The notes: generated from the sequence alone by a model not told the origin. Shown: positions 45,158-57,865, counted from the first letter of the stretch. The stretch: 64,000 nucleotides of DNA from Tubiluchus corallicola (GCA_030141605.1 JAQGDQ010000293.1:1-64000); one strand, 5' to 3'. Numbers and translations: made by a program.

Positions 45158-45899
45158 AAGAAAACCGGATCCATCTTAAACTAGAACTGAAAACCATTTA
45201 CCATAGAAACGTAATTTCGCGTTCGCACGGCTAGTTCTTTGCCGTTACGTGCATTTCGCCACCCTCTAGTTAGATGGGCACTAGCGCCTACATTAAAAAC
45301 GACAACAAAAACAGGTGTTGTACCTCTCAAGTCAGAGGTCTTCATCTGTGACGTAGTGCACATACTGAGAGCTCAGGTGTGAGCACAGCGGTAAATTTAA
45401 ACAGAATCTTAAACTTAAAATTTGTCAAGTTCTTGTACATTGCAGTGAATGTAGCGCAACAGTAGCGTGCACGCTTCCCACCCGGGAGGTCGTGGGTTCA
45501 ACTCTCGACCAATCATACCAAAGACTTAAAATATGGTACCGCTGATTCGGCGACCAAGTACGCGGGGTTATCGAAGTAACATGCGGGTAATAATAATCGG
45601 GACCACCTTGGAAATAAATATTGAGTTACTTAATGTGTTATCCCTGGACTATGTCCTAAACGAAATAATATATTATTATAATATTGTACAATAGCAGTGT
45701 AGTTCAATTTTTGTTTTTGCAAAATACGTGCAGCATGCACATGGACCTTTTGTTCTATAGAAAATCATGGTCAGTTGTGATGCTATAAGTTTTCAGCCTA
45801 TTATTTAATTATCAGAAACGCTCTGGCATTATTATAGGCCCGGTATACTTTTACCGTATTTAAAATAATGTAGGATATGAAAAGTCATCCTGTTTTCCT
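45158..45899 (-). mobile_element. family A TTAA element, interrupted by a SINE
   Basis: Ends TCCTGTTTTCCT|TTAA; reverse complement of the 47263 copy. Confidence 0.75.
45451..45682 (+). mobile_element. tRNA/Meta-type SINE nested in a family A element
   Basis: GGAGGTCGTGGGTTCAACTC B-box, TCATACCAAAGACTTAAAATATGGTACC core, AT-rich tail; the host sequence resumes on both sides. Confidence 0.75.
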
Positions 45900-46194
45900 T
45901 TAAACAACGTGTTCAAAACATTGCAATACCATGAAATATGGCATCTGTTGAATAAACTGCTTAATGAAGTGAAACAAATTTCTACTTTAAAAGGTTTTAA
46001 GAAATAATGAAAAATGAACTACTTTAAAAGTCAATGAATAATGGCGATGACTGCATATGCAATTTTTGCAAAACTGTTAATACTGTTTAAGTATCGTTGA
46101 GAGCATTGTTATGTAGTTTTAGTATTGCTTTAAATGTTAGACGTAATGCACATGCCCGAGCTAATGTGTTTTAACTACGACTCCATCTAAACTT

Positions 46195-46305
46195 TCACTC
46201 ACTCACTCACTCGCTTGTTCACTCACACACACACACACTCTCTCTCTCACTCACTCACTCACTCACTCACACACACACACACACACACACTCTCTCACTT
46301 TTACT

Positions 46306-46367
<62 letters not shown>

Positions 46368-46605
46368 GCTTACTTGCTTACTTGCTTACTTGCTTACTTG
46401 CTTACTTGCTTACTTGCTTACTTGCTTACTTGCTTGCTTGCTTGCTTGCTTACTTGCTTACTTGCTTACTTGCTTACTTGCTTACTTGCTTGCTTACTTG
46501 CTTACTTGCTTACTTACTTACTTACTGTCTTATTTTACGTACTTATTCACTCACTCACGCACTCGCTCACTCACTTACTGACCTACTGACTGACTTAACT
46601 CACTT
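46195..46605. repeat. compound microsatellite (ACTC)n(CA)n(TTGC)n(TTACTTGC)n
   Basis: Direct inspection. Confidence 0.95.
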
Positions 46606-47262
46606 ATTTCTTTGCTTCAACGAAGAACAGAAGTATTAAAACTGTTTCGAGTTTCTAACAGGGCAGCACTTGAAAAAAACTTGAACTTTTTCGCTACCCG
46701 CATTCAATTCGGTCCATAAACTTCACTATAATTCGTCCACATTAATTAAAACCCTCTAGCAATCTAGCAAAGCTGTTTAAACATTGTCAAAAACAGTTCT
46801 TGGAGTTTGACGAGGAAACCTTTGTTACAATAATTGTATTCTATAGCCAGCAGGCAATGTTCAACGTTTGGCTTCAACTTTCTGCTTAGAAAATTAGTGG
46901 TAATTGTGATGAAATTTGCTTCATATCTGACCACTGTTTGTTGAAGAATTCTTTTGGGACTTCCCTCGGGTACTGCAAAACTCTGAATGGCTTATTAGAT
47001 TTTAGAAACTGAATGTACAGCGAAACAAACATAAAGTCTGTAACGTTACGTGTAGCATTGTCAAAATTTTGTCCTTTCTGTACGCACTGTGAAATGGAAT
47101 TTTAATTATACAAACGACCAGAGCATTTCATTTATAACTTATTTACACACTATTTCTTCTATCTATCATAATAATGTAATTTTGGCCAATGTGCTCAATT
47201 TAAATGTAATATTAAGTCTAATTTTTGTGATCTAGATAGTCACCTCTTGTTAAACTTGTTAA

Positions 47263-47889
47263 AGGAAAACATGACGGTTTTTTCATATGCTACCCCTTTT
47301 TCAAGTTCGATAAAAAGTAAACACTTTAACACAATTAATACTGCAAAAGCGTTTCTGATAATTAAATAATATATTAAAAATTTAATTAACGAGGGACGAG
47401 CCCAACTATTGGTGACATCACAAACTAACACAATTTTCAACGGCAAAAATATTCCCCGAGCGTGTTCCACGTGTTGAAAGAGAAAATTGAAGTACAGTGC
47501 TACTGCAAGATAGTCAGTGTGTTGTACTAAAACTAGGCAAGTTTCAAGATAAAAATTCAAATTTCACATTTACCGCTGTACTCACGCATGAGCTGTATAA
47601 CGTGTGTAGTTCGTCACAAACTAACACATCTGAACCGAGAGGTACAGGCGTACAGCACTTGCTTTTTTGTGCAATGCGTTTTCGAAATGCAGGTGCTAGT
47701 GCCTCTCTAACTAGCGAATGGCGAAATGCAGGTAACAGCGAAGAACTAGTGGCGCGAACGTGAAATTGTTGTTTGTGTGGTAATAATTCTTTCACGTAAA
47801 TCATTTTTGAAAAAATAATATGTTTCCTTTCAATATTTTAAAGAATCGATTGTTTTGACCTACAGTTTAAGAATGGGTCCGGTATTGCT
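47263..47889 (+). mobile_element. family A TTAA element, apparently full length (627 bp)
   Basis: TTAA on both sides; imperfect TIRs AGGAAAAC.. / ..TCCGGTATTGCT. Confidence 0.8.
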
Positions 47890-47891
47890 TT

Positions 47892-47936
<45 letters not shown>

Positions 47937-49151
47937 CTCCTATTGGCGTTCTTCAATAATTTAAGAGCTATACTTTAAGATTTTAAATATCTAAATAAGT
48001 TAACATGTTTTGTATATTTCTCAGATTGTGTATGTTCACATTTTGTCATGAACAATCCTGCTTGAGGTCTTCTCTTCAGCTCTGCTGTTGACCAAAGACC
48101 ACCTATATACTTAAAAATTATGTGAGCTTAATGTTAGTCCATAATGTCATCCCAATTTTTCGTAATGGCTCACCTCAAAACGACACTCAAAACTCCTATC
48201 ATCTCCACCAAATATGAACATTATCAGCTGCACACACCACTAAGCAGAAAGAAATGACATTTATATAACACTGTGTAATGTATACGCTCAAATCAAAGTT
48301 GCGTTCCCATATCTATGTAGTTTATTCTGCAAAAATACAAATTTCCTATAGTCTACAATTACTACATCTACAAATCTACTGAAACAAGTGCAAGAAAATA
48401 AGTGCTACAGATTACTACATTACACTAAAAGCTAAAATGCATACATACATTGTTGGTCCAATATTGAGCCGAGAAAAAGCCAGAATGTCAGTAAAAGGTA
48501 ACAGTATAATTAAAAGCCAAATTTCAAATGTAACAAAGACGTGTGTACATGACAAGTTCCTCCTATACAATGTCAGAGTAGAAAAAGTAGTCTATAGAGG
48601 TTGAGCTACAGTCTAATATATTATGGCTTCTAATGCATATTCTACCTTGAGAAGAGGTAATGGACCAAAACATTTGCACCTGCAACACACTGGCATGTGT
48701 TACAAATTAGTAAAGTGCCTTATGGCACGAGAACAAGACGAAAAGCAACACGAATGTACTACATACCCTGATAGTTTAACATGACTGGCACCGTCGACAA
48801 AGCTTGAACTTTAACACCTAAATAGAAATTACAAATGTGTAATATGCTTCACATCGATAAATTAGTAGTTATTGACAAAACACAACCATTTTTTGCTTAA
48901 GTTAGCCCTAATTGGATTTTTCCTCTAAAAACTGTTTTGTCCGGGAGACAGGAGTTTTCTTGTGGAAATAATTTTCTGGTTTTACTTGCACGAATTTTAA
49001 TGCGACATGCAACGTTTCTGAGCAGAAAATTGGTTTAAGCCGCAGGGAAAAACAAACTTCCATCGAAGATATTGTTCTGTCGTCGTCAGCGGCATTAACA
49101 TTGTCGTCCTTGTCGTCGTCGTCGTCGTCATCGTGTGTTCATTGTACATTG

Positions 49152-50354
49152 CATAGTAAATGAAAATAAAACAAAAATGCCATAGATGTCTCGCAACCAG
49201 AACAACAGCATCCAAAGGACAGACAATACCCAGTACCAACATTTTCGAGTACAGCGACTGAAAAATGATTACTGAGCTTAGATCACCAAACACCCAACAC
49301 TTTTCCTGCCTTTTTTTAGTTTTTGAACTGCAATACTTTCATTTGTTACTTTCTAATTTTTGATATCCAGTCTCGTCATGGTACTGAGGGACACTAGACT
49401 CCCGTATAATGCTTTACTAGGCACTATACAGATATAAGATCTTAAAACAAAATCGGACCCAATCTTAAACTGTAGGTCAAAACAATCTATTTTTTAAAAT
49501 ATTAAAAGTAAACATACTATTTTTTCAAAAACTACTTACGTGAAAGAATTATTACCACACAAACAAAATTTCATGTTCGTGCCACTAGTTCTTCGCTGTT
49601 GCATGCATTTCGCCATTCGCTTGTTAGACGGGCACTAGTGTACGCATTTCGGCAATGCATTGCACAAAAAACAGATGCTGTGCTTCTCAGTTCAGATGTC
49701 ACGTTCGACAGTTCATACGTGAGTACAGTGGTAAATTTATAATTTGAATTTTTATCTTAAAACTTGCCTAGTTTTAGTACAACACACCGAATATCTTACA
49801 GTAGCACTGTACTTCAATTTTCGCCTTTGCAAACACGTGCAACACGCTCGTGGAATATTTTTGCTGTTGAAAATTATTTTAGTTTGTGATGTCATCAATA
49901 GTTGACCTCGCCCGCCGTTAATTAAGATTTTAATCTATTATTTAATTATCAAAACCGATTTTGCAGTATTAATTGTGCTAAATTGTATACTTTTATCGGA
50001 CTTGAAAATGGGGTAGGATGTGAAAAATCATCCTGTCTTCCTTTTATATTTTAACAGGCAAATTTTGTAACTCACTGCAGATTGAATTTAAACCAGATTA
50101 ATATGAAAAAGGTAACCAGAATATAAACCACTAAAATTGTGTGATTATGTATCAAAAATTAGAAAGTAACAAAGGAAAGTATGGCACTTCAAAAGTGATA
50201 AGTCGGCAAGAAAACGTTGGTGGTCTAAGTTTATTAATTATATCTCAGTCGTTCTGCTTGATAGTGTAGGTGCTGAGTTACCCCTTTTCTTTGAATGATG
50301 TTGTTGTAGTTGTGAGACGTCTATGGCGTGTTTGTTTTATTTTCGTTTACTATG
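49152..50354. mobile_element. older inverted-repeat element hosting a family A copy
   Basis: ~67-bp inverted repeats at 49152-49219 and 50288-50354 (CATAGTAAA.GAAAATAAAACAAA..GCCATAGA.GTCTC). Confidence 0.65.
49446..50042 (-). mobile_element. family A TTAA element
   Basis: Reverse complement of 47263-47889 along nearly its whole length. Confidence 0.8.
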
Positions 50355-50717
50355 GAGTTCTAATGAATATTAATTGCTTTTACTGCACGCTCGCTAAATA
50401 CGTTTTCTAATTAAGTTGTAAAGGAGAATAATAAGTTATAAATAGTGCAGCTAAAAAGGACTAACATCCATTGATGCCGGATTACGTTTTAAATGAATAT
50501 ACGCTGTTATTAGTACTTTAATCTCGTTCACGTCTTGCTCTCATGACGCCCTCTGGCGCCACTTACGGCAACTTTTTAACTTTCAAGTCTTTTGATGGAT
50601 TTGCAGGCGATGCATTACTGCTACTGTTAATGCAGATTAGTTTTACTATTATGTTTCAGATTATTTTTCTCGGCGTTTTATTTCTTTTGAATTCCCTTTC
50701 AACAGTACCTGCTTTAA

Positions 50718-51377
50718 AGGACAAGAAAAGGGGTACCTGAAGCAGGTTTCAGAAAAATCGCCTTAAAAATTATATTACTTTCTAGTACTTTTATGCGCAT
50801 ATCGTACTCGCGTTGAAAGGATTTTTTGTTTGTTTTCATTTAAATCTCCCGCAATACAGTTCTCACCGCGCCATTACATGACGTCATATACGCACAACAT
50901 AAATCACGGGAAGAAAAGGAAATGCTAAGCTATGTCCCAAAAAACTTTATATTATTTAGCATTTCGAATACCTGATTGAAATACTCATGCAACTAGAAAA
51001 GGAAATTATTAATTATTTAAAATGTTTTCACCAATTGGTAAAATGTCGCTGACTCACCTCCAGGGTGCACCATTCACTAACCAAAAAAGCGTATTTTTAA
51101 TTTTATTGATAAGATACAGTAATTTAAAATTTTACTTAGTTAGTGACGGGTGCGCTGGTTACTTTTTCAAACTTTGCTCAGTGTTATCAAAACTTGTTTC
51201 ATTTGACCTATCGTCAAAATGGCTGCGTGTAACGGCCATGGTGAGAGTTTAAATTTACATATTTTATACAGCGTTGCTGCCGACACAAGCCCTGTATGGA
51301 AAAAGACAGTATGTAAATGGTATAAAATTTCAAGGCGAATTTTTAAGCTTTATGCAAGTGGTGGGTTTTCTTGTGCT
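50718..51377 (+). mobile_element. family B TTAA element, apparently full length
   Basis: TTAA|AGGACAAGAAAA ... TTTTCTTGTGCT|TTAA; a further end fragment near 18034. Confidence 0.75.
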
Positions 51378-52169
51378 TTAAAGTGCATAATCAATGCAAC
51401 CGCATATTCAACAACCTAGTTGCTGTTAAAACAGAATTGCCAATATAGCAACAAAAACACAGGCAAAATAATCTCAAACTTAATAGTGAAGTTAACGATG
51501 ATAATAATAACTTGAAAGTTTTGACAATAACGCGGATTCTTGCTTTTGTGAAATTGTTTTTTGGACAAAACCAAAATCTTATTTCTTTCTTATCAAATCA
51601 TCTTATCTGTCGAGAATTATGTCATAAATTTTCAACTTTTTCCAGAATTAAACTCTTTTTGAAATATTACGCAGTCATTCAGTAATCAGTTTTGTTATTA
51701 TTATTGACATTTTTATTATTAAATTCGACTGTTGTTGGAGTACACACGTGAATGACATACGAATGAGCCAATGAATGAACAAAAGAACAAAGAAAAACAG
51801 ACAAACACGGTTCAGAAAGACAATTTTGCTACTTTCACTCAACTTCCTGGTGATAAATACCACGAACAACCTAATACATATTAGTGTTAACCGATCACCG
51901 TTGTTTTATACAGTTTTTTAAACCATTACGTACACAATTCCTAATCAGTGTTCGTTTGTTTGTTTTATAAACATATAGATATACATATGTATCTATATCT
52001 ACATTTATTTATATATTAGATATAATATCGCTGATTATCGCTGTAACCATGGTTTTGTTAGTACATGAAACGGACCTCATTATTGTGGCATTTTTTGTTA
52101 GAAGAATGAAACATAATACTTCAATCAATTTTATGTGTTCGTCACGACAAATTTGATATAGATATTTCT

Positions 52170-52450
52170 GTTAGATTAGATTGATATTTATCAATCCCGA
52201 AAGAAATTTGTTTTAGCTTTACCATACTTTAGCAACGAAATTACAATTTCACACTGTCATGTTATATTACTAGCAAATGAGAGACTGACAAGATTTATAA
52301 GCGCAATAAGAAACTGAAAAAATATTTGTTCATCCACTGTGAGGGCCGAACAGACAGACAAGTGTCCATACGTTGGTCTCACAACCCAATATGGTTTTAG
52401 AAATATTATGGGTTTCCTTATAGTTACATTTTTTGCAATAGTAATACATA
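52170..52450 (-). mobile_element. retroposon 3' tail (second copy at ~58550-58835)
   Basis: Two alignable copies ending on the minus strand in AAATTTCTTTCGGGATTGATAAA..(TCTAA)n. Confidence 0.6.
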
Positions 52451-52580
52451 ATTCACTCATTTTTACAGGCTTTGATCTGGGAGACGGCAGCAGGACTGAA
52501 AGCTGAGAGTTGCACAGTCTTCTGAGTCAAATCTGTACATCTGGTTTTACTAACTCAGACATAAGATAAAAACGCCAATC

Positions 52581-52743
52581 ATGGCGCAGTCAAAAGTCGA
52601 CGCAGTTCGGAGAAATTTGATTAAAAACGTTTTGAACCTAAAACGCAGTGAATTCAGACAAGATGAAGCAGCGCTGGATGATACTGCAGCAGAGGAGAAA
52701 GAAGCGGCACAAAGAATGGCAAATACAGGAGTGCCAAGACACG
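52581..52743 (+). CDS. first coding exon of an unidentified multi-exon gene (exon probably 52469-52743)
   Basis: TTTTTACAG acceptor at 52468, ATCATGG start, coding-like MAQSKVDAVRRNLIKNVLNLKRSEFRQDEAALDDTAAEEKEAAQRMANTGVPRH, strong donor G|GTAAGT. Later exons not identified. Confidence 0.65.
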
Positions 52744-52872
52744 GTAAGTTGCATATTAATTGTTACAGAAGAGTTCTATGGCTTTCGACGAAGTGTTGGG
52801 TTTTCCTCACGCTTATAGAGGACCATCGTCATTAAGTAAATCTGCTATTCAGTTGTTGTTTTAAATAGGTGA

Positions 52873-53166
52873 CCGGTAAGAGAGTCACAGGAAATAAGTA
52901 ACAATTTTGGCTAGGAAAACAGTCACAGGAAAAAAGTCACAATTTTGGCTAGGATTAAGGTTAGGGTTACTTTTTTCAACCCTAATCCTAACCCTTATCA
53001 AAGTTTGATATTTATTTATTTATTTTAGCCATAACAAATTAACACAATAATAAAAAAAGATACAACACAATAAATTGGTCAGAGACCTGTACAAAATCAG
53101 GCACAAATTAATTGTGACTTCTTTCCTGTGACTTTTTTCCTGTGATTTTCCCGTGACTTTTAACCG
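52873..53166. mobile_element. MITE with GTCACAGGAAA subterminal repeats and telomere-like inner motifs
   Basis: CGGTAA..(AGTCACAGGAAA)n ... (TTTCCTGTGACT)n..TTAACCG; internal GGTTAGGGTT / AACCCTAATCCTAACCCT. Confidence 0.7.
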
Positions 53167-53367
53167 TTTCATTATTCACGGAGACGTAGTTCTGAGGTCG
53201 TTTTGGGCTTCATCGCAATTGTTTGCGAAACTGAAGCATTTTGCAAGAATATTTTCTCCCAGCTTTGTCTTTCGCTGGTGTCTTTCGTCTTAAACCACAG
53301 ATTATGCTAATGAACCTTTTCCCCCCTCTAACTAAATGTTGCAAATTTGTATTGCGATTAGCACGTC

Positions 53368-53699
53368 CAGGGCCGGATAATGACCTTTTGTGACCTCCAG
53401 GCTAATGAAATTATGGGCTTCCCATTGACAGAGCCACCCTCTAACTCCCTCACACCCCCTCAGATGGAGGCACCCTCTAACTCGCCCGCAAGCGTCTTGA
53501 ATACTTTTTACTCGTGATATGTTTCAGCGACATTTACATAAATTAAAGTAATCTTATTGCAAATTCTTTAAATACACTAGAATAGCTATCTTTTGTTTGT
53601 CAATACGATCTTTTATCCGGGCCCCTTAAACTTGATGCCCCCGACCTTGAGGGGCTCTATGCTGCAGCCAATATTACTCTATAGGAAAGTCTGGCCCGG
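53368..53699. mobile_element. hAT-type MITE
   Basis: CAGGGCCGGA..TCTGGCCCGG ends; 8-bp TSD AGCACGTC/AGCATGTC (7 of 8 match). Confidence 0.8.
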
Positions 53700-54984
53700 A
53701 GCATGTCCTATATAATCATAACAAATAAAATATAGACATGTGTAGTTCAATTTCTACGTAACGTTCCTAGTTACCTAGAATAATTAGACTAACAGTTTAT
53801 AGAATATGTGAGAGTATAGAGATAAGTGGGAAATTGAATTGAAACTTTTGGAGAAAAAAGATGATGTTTGAACGATTTGTGCATGAAGTATTACTTTAGC
53901 CCAACCTCTACATTACATTATAGAGAGTTGCTGAATGTAGAACTTCAATGAGAATTTCTTTTGCTTCTGTTCTGCTTAAAGACGCAGTTCCTCAAAAGTG
54001 GTTATTGTCCATATTTCCACACACAGTACCTCGCCTTGCTTCATCGTCTAATGTTCTGTATGGTAAATAAGTTTGTTTCTAGAAATCCAGGTGCACCAAA
54101 GAAATGTAAAATGGATGTTCTGCTTGCTGTATGTAAAAAAATTGTTGCCCGCTGCACGATAACTGCATTCAGTCATTTTCTCGGTAATGGACATATTGAT
54201 AATAGCTTACCGTAGTACCTTCGTTAATATTTTATGCAGTTTTATGACAAGCAGGCATATAATCAAATACATTTTTACGACAAAGAACTACCATTTACCT
54301 GTTGCACGTTTGTTATGGAGTCCATACATTTAAACTCTTGCAAAATCTAAAATTATTTAATATGCAGCAATTGTCGTTTTATCTCTGGTAATAAAATATA
54401 ACAATGATATTTTAATAAAAAATATAAGTTTGATCCAGGTAAATTATTAAATTGCTTGCATGATTTTTGATTAAATTATGTAGAAAAATAATGTCGAAGT
54501 AGCCTTACTTATCTGAAACAGCTACACGAAAGATAATTAGGAACTTACATCTGGTCTCCCTGAGTTTTTGGCCTAAAAAACTGTAGAAACATAAAAAATT
54601 TGCAGATTATACATTATATCAAATTGAACTGCATGCCAGGTAATGTGTACCTGACCGACGACCTGGTCATATGATTCATGACAATGTGGGGCGAAACCAA
54701 TTTCAACAGGTAAGGAGACGTGTATGTGTCTAACAGTTATGTCATGAAATCGTATAAAAGTAAGCACGTTGTGATAAGTGTCATTGTTTCGGACTTTGTT
54801 GTCACAATTGTCTGTTTTTACTGTTGCATAAACAATCCACAATGAAAAACATTCTAGCAACAAAATAATGAATAACGTTTTGCTCTTTTTGGACATTTAA
54901 AGCCACTACAGAATTACCCTTCTCTAATCTTTTTACTTAAAAAGTCTGAAGTAATCTACAACATGCAACATAAATGTTACTCAC

Positions 54985-55345
54985 TGTTGTGGAGATCGCT
55001 AGAATTAGATAGAAATTATTAGAATGTTCTATAGTATAGTAGAACAATCTTTTTACCTTGTAGAAGCAATTGTAAATTCTAGAACTTTCTATACGCCATG
55101 CGCGTAATAGTTTCTAGATTGTTCTGGTGTTGTCCATTTGCACTGATATATAAGGCGGACCTGGCCGCTCAAGTTTATTCTCAGATTCTCAGATTATCGT
55201 ATGCTATTTTCCTATCACTTGACTGTACATATTTTGCGTTCCTTCATACTTTGTGTTGTGGAATTCTCATACAATGAACCAGTTTAATTTGACAACGTGT
55301 TTTGTTGTTTTCTCTACGAGCCTTCGGAGAGAAAGAAACACAACA
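54985..55345 (+). mobile_element. solo LTR, same family as 24210, flanks not duplicated
   Basis: TGTTGTG...CACAACA; aligns end to end with 24210-24568; flanks CTCAC and ACGTA. Confidence 0.9.
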
Positions 55346-55596
55346 ACGTATATTGATAGGGTGTGCGTGTGCGAAAAGACTTTGTCGATAGATAATATCT
55401 GGTCAAGAATCAACGAAAAAAGTGATAATTTCATTATTAATGGTTTTATTAATGTGTCTGACGTACGATACAGGTCAAACTTCATGTTGCAATAATCGCA
55501 GGGTTCAATTATACAACCTATGCATATAGGATAACTTTTACTTTGTATGTAACTTTTTGCCCTAATATCTAATTTTATGTGTTTTTAGTTATAGAT

Positions 55597-55928
55597 CAGT
55601 GGTTCCCAAACTTTCTCGGATCGTTACCCAAATCGGGAAACCCGGTCGTGTCCATTACCCCCCACCTAGTACTACTTCTCCAACTCAAAAAGTAAACACA
55701 CGTATATGCCACAAGCAAGCAAAATTATTTATGTTTGCTCGTGACATAAATAAATTTCCAGGTGTTTACTTAACTAGTGTTAATCAGGTGTTTAGAAAAC
55801 TACGTAAAATGAATTCCGAGCGAAGTTTTAAAAATTTTCAGAGGGGTGCCCGTTACCCCCCCCCCCCCCCCCAAAAAAAAACCATATTACCCCCGGTGGG
55901 TAATTTACCCCTACTTTGGGAACCACTG
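55597..55928. mobile_element. hAT (Charlie-like) MITE
   Basis: Perfect TIR CAGTGGTTCCCAAA / TTTGGGAACCACTG and perfect 8-bp TSD TTATAGAT. Confidence 0.93.
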
Positions 55929-56642
55929 TTATAGATTGTGTGCTACAGTTTAAATTTATAGTATGTGTGTATATGTTTGTATTTGGCTTTCAGCTGAAGG
56001 AAACTGATCAATCAATCAAACTATTGTTGTCTTGTCTTTTGTTACGTGCTAATAAATGCCGCTAGGTACTTTGCATAAAAAATAACGTATTTTAGATCAC
56101 TAGGGACTGGCGATACTACTATTGAACAAAATGAACTATTGAAGAAACAAAATTATACTAGACCAAGTGCGCTTTAAAATCGCTTCCTTTCAAGATTCAG
56201 TCATCATATCATCAAAGTCAAGGTTCATCTCAATGAAAGTAATTCTACTGCACATCCTATTAGGAAACTGATCAATGGCGGGCTTTAAGACCCATGTAAT
56301 TTTCCAAAAGACTGGATACGCCTACGCGCCTCAGAAAACGATGTAGCCATGAAATCACGGCAGAATCATTGAGGGATTTTTCTAGGATAATATCATTTTC
56401 TGTTAGAATGAATACCAGCTGAATTCGAGTTTATTTCGAAACGATGGGTGATCAAAGCGAGCGGCGCAGTGTGTTTTTTCTTATGGTTTTAGCTTTCTCT
56501 ATGATTCTTTGATTACTTTCTGTGATTATCTCTGTAATAGCAAAAGATACATTGATTAAATTTTCGCTTGCCGTTTGCTAAGAAGGGAATTTTGTAGTTG
56601 ACTGAGCAGCTTTTGGTAATTGTTAGTCTCAACCTACACTCA

Positions 56643-57865
56643 TCGAACGCGATGAAATACTGCATCTCGTTTATTCGTTCGTTTGTTTCCTCTTTCATTC
56701 CTCCCTCTTTATTTTCTTTCTATCGAACGCGATGAAATACTGCATTATCTTTTCTCGTTTATTCGTTCGTTTGTTTCCTCTTTCATTCCTCCCTCTTTAT
56801 TTTCTTTCTATCGAACGCGATGAAATACTGCATTCTCTTTTCTCGTTTATTCGTTCGTTTATTTCCTCTTTCAGTCCTCCCTCTTTATTTTCTTTCTATC
56901 GAACGCGATGAAATACTGCATTCTCTTTTCTCGTTTATTCGTTCGTTTGTTTCCTCTTTCATTCCTCCCTCTTTATTTTCTTTCTATCGAACGCGATGAA
57001 ATACTGCATTCTCTTTTCTCGTTTATTCGTTCGTTTTTTTCCTCTTTCATTCCTCCCTCTTTATTTTCTTTCTATCGAACGCGATGAAATACTGCATTCT
57101 CTTTTCTCGTTTATTCGTTCGTTTATTTCCTCTTTCATTCCTCCCTCTTTATTTTCTTTCTATCGAACGCGATGAAATACTGCATTCTCTTTTCTCGTTT
57201 ATTCGTTCGTTTGTTTCCTCTTTCATTCCTCCCTCTTTATTTTCTTTCTTTTGAATACGATGAAATACTGCATTTTCTTTTCTCGTTTATTCGTTCGTTT
57301 GTTTCCTCTTTCATTCCTCCCTCTTTATTTTCTTTCTTTTGAATGCGATGAAATACTGCATTCTCTTTTCTCGTTTATTCGTTCGTTTGTTTCCTTTCAT
57401 TCCTCCCTCTTTATTTTCTTTCTTTTGAATGCGATGAAATACTGCATTCTCTTTTCTCGTTTATTCGTTCGTTTGTTTCCTCTTTCATTCCTCCCTCTTT
57501 ATTTTCTTTCTTTTGAATGCGATGAAATACTGCATTCTCTTTTCTCGTTTATTCGTTCGTTTGTTTCCTCTTTCATTCCTCCCTCTTTATTTTCTTTCTT
57601 TTGAATGCGATGAAATACTGCATTCTCTTTTCTCGTTTATTCGTTCGTTTGTTTCCTCTTTCATTCCTCCCTCTTTATTTTCTTTCTATCGAACGCGATG
57701 AAATACTGCATTCTCTTTTCTCGTTTATTCGTTCGTTTGTTTCCTCTTTCACTCCTCCCTCTTTATTTTCTTTCTATCGAATGCGATGAAATACTGCATT
57801 ATCTTTTCTCGTTCATTCGTTCGTTTGTTTCCTCTGTCATTCCTCCCTCTTCATTTTCTTTCTAT
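56643..57865. repeat. 88-bp pyrimidine-rich minisatellite, ~14 copies
   Basis: Unit TCGAACGCGATGAAATACTGCATTCTCTTTTCTCGTTTATTCGTTCGTTTGTTTCCTCTTTCATTCCTCCCTCTTTATTTTCTTTCTA. Confidence 0.97.

Noticed and set aside
46215-46639. Leu/Ala/Cys-rich membrane-like ORFs
   Set aside because: Translation of a microsatellite
51215-51246. YY1-like AAAATGGCTGC plus donor GTGAGA as a first exon
   Set aside because: Lies inside a family B transposon copy with a homolog at ~44135; no independent support
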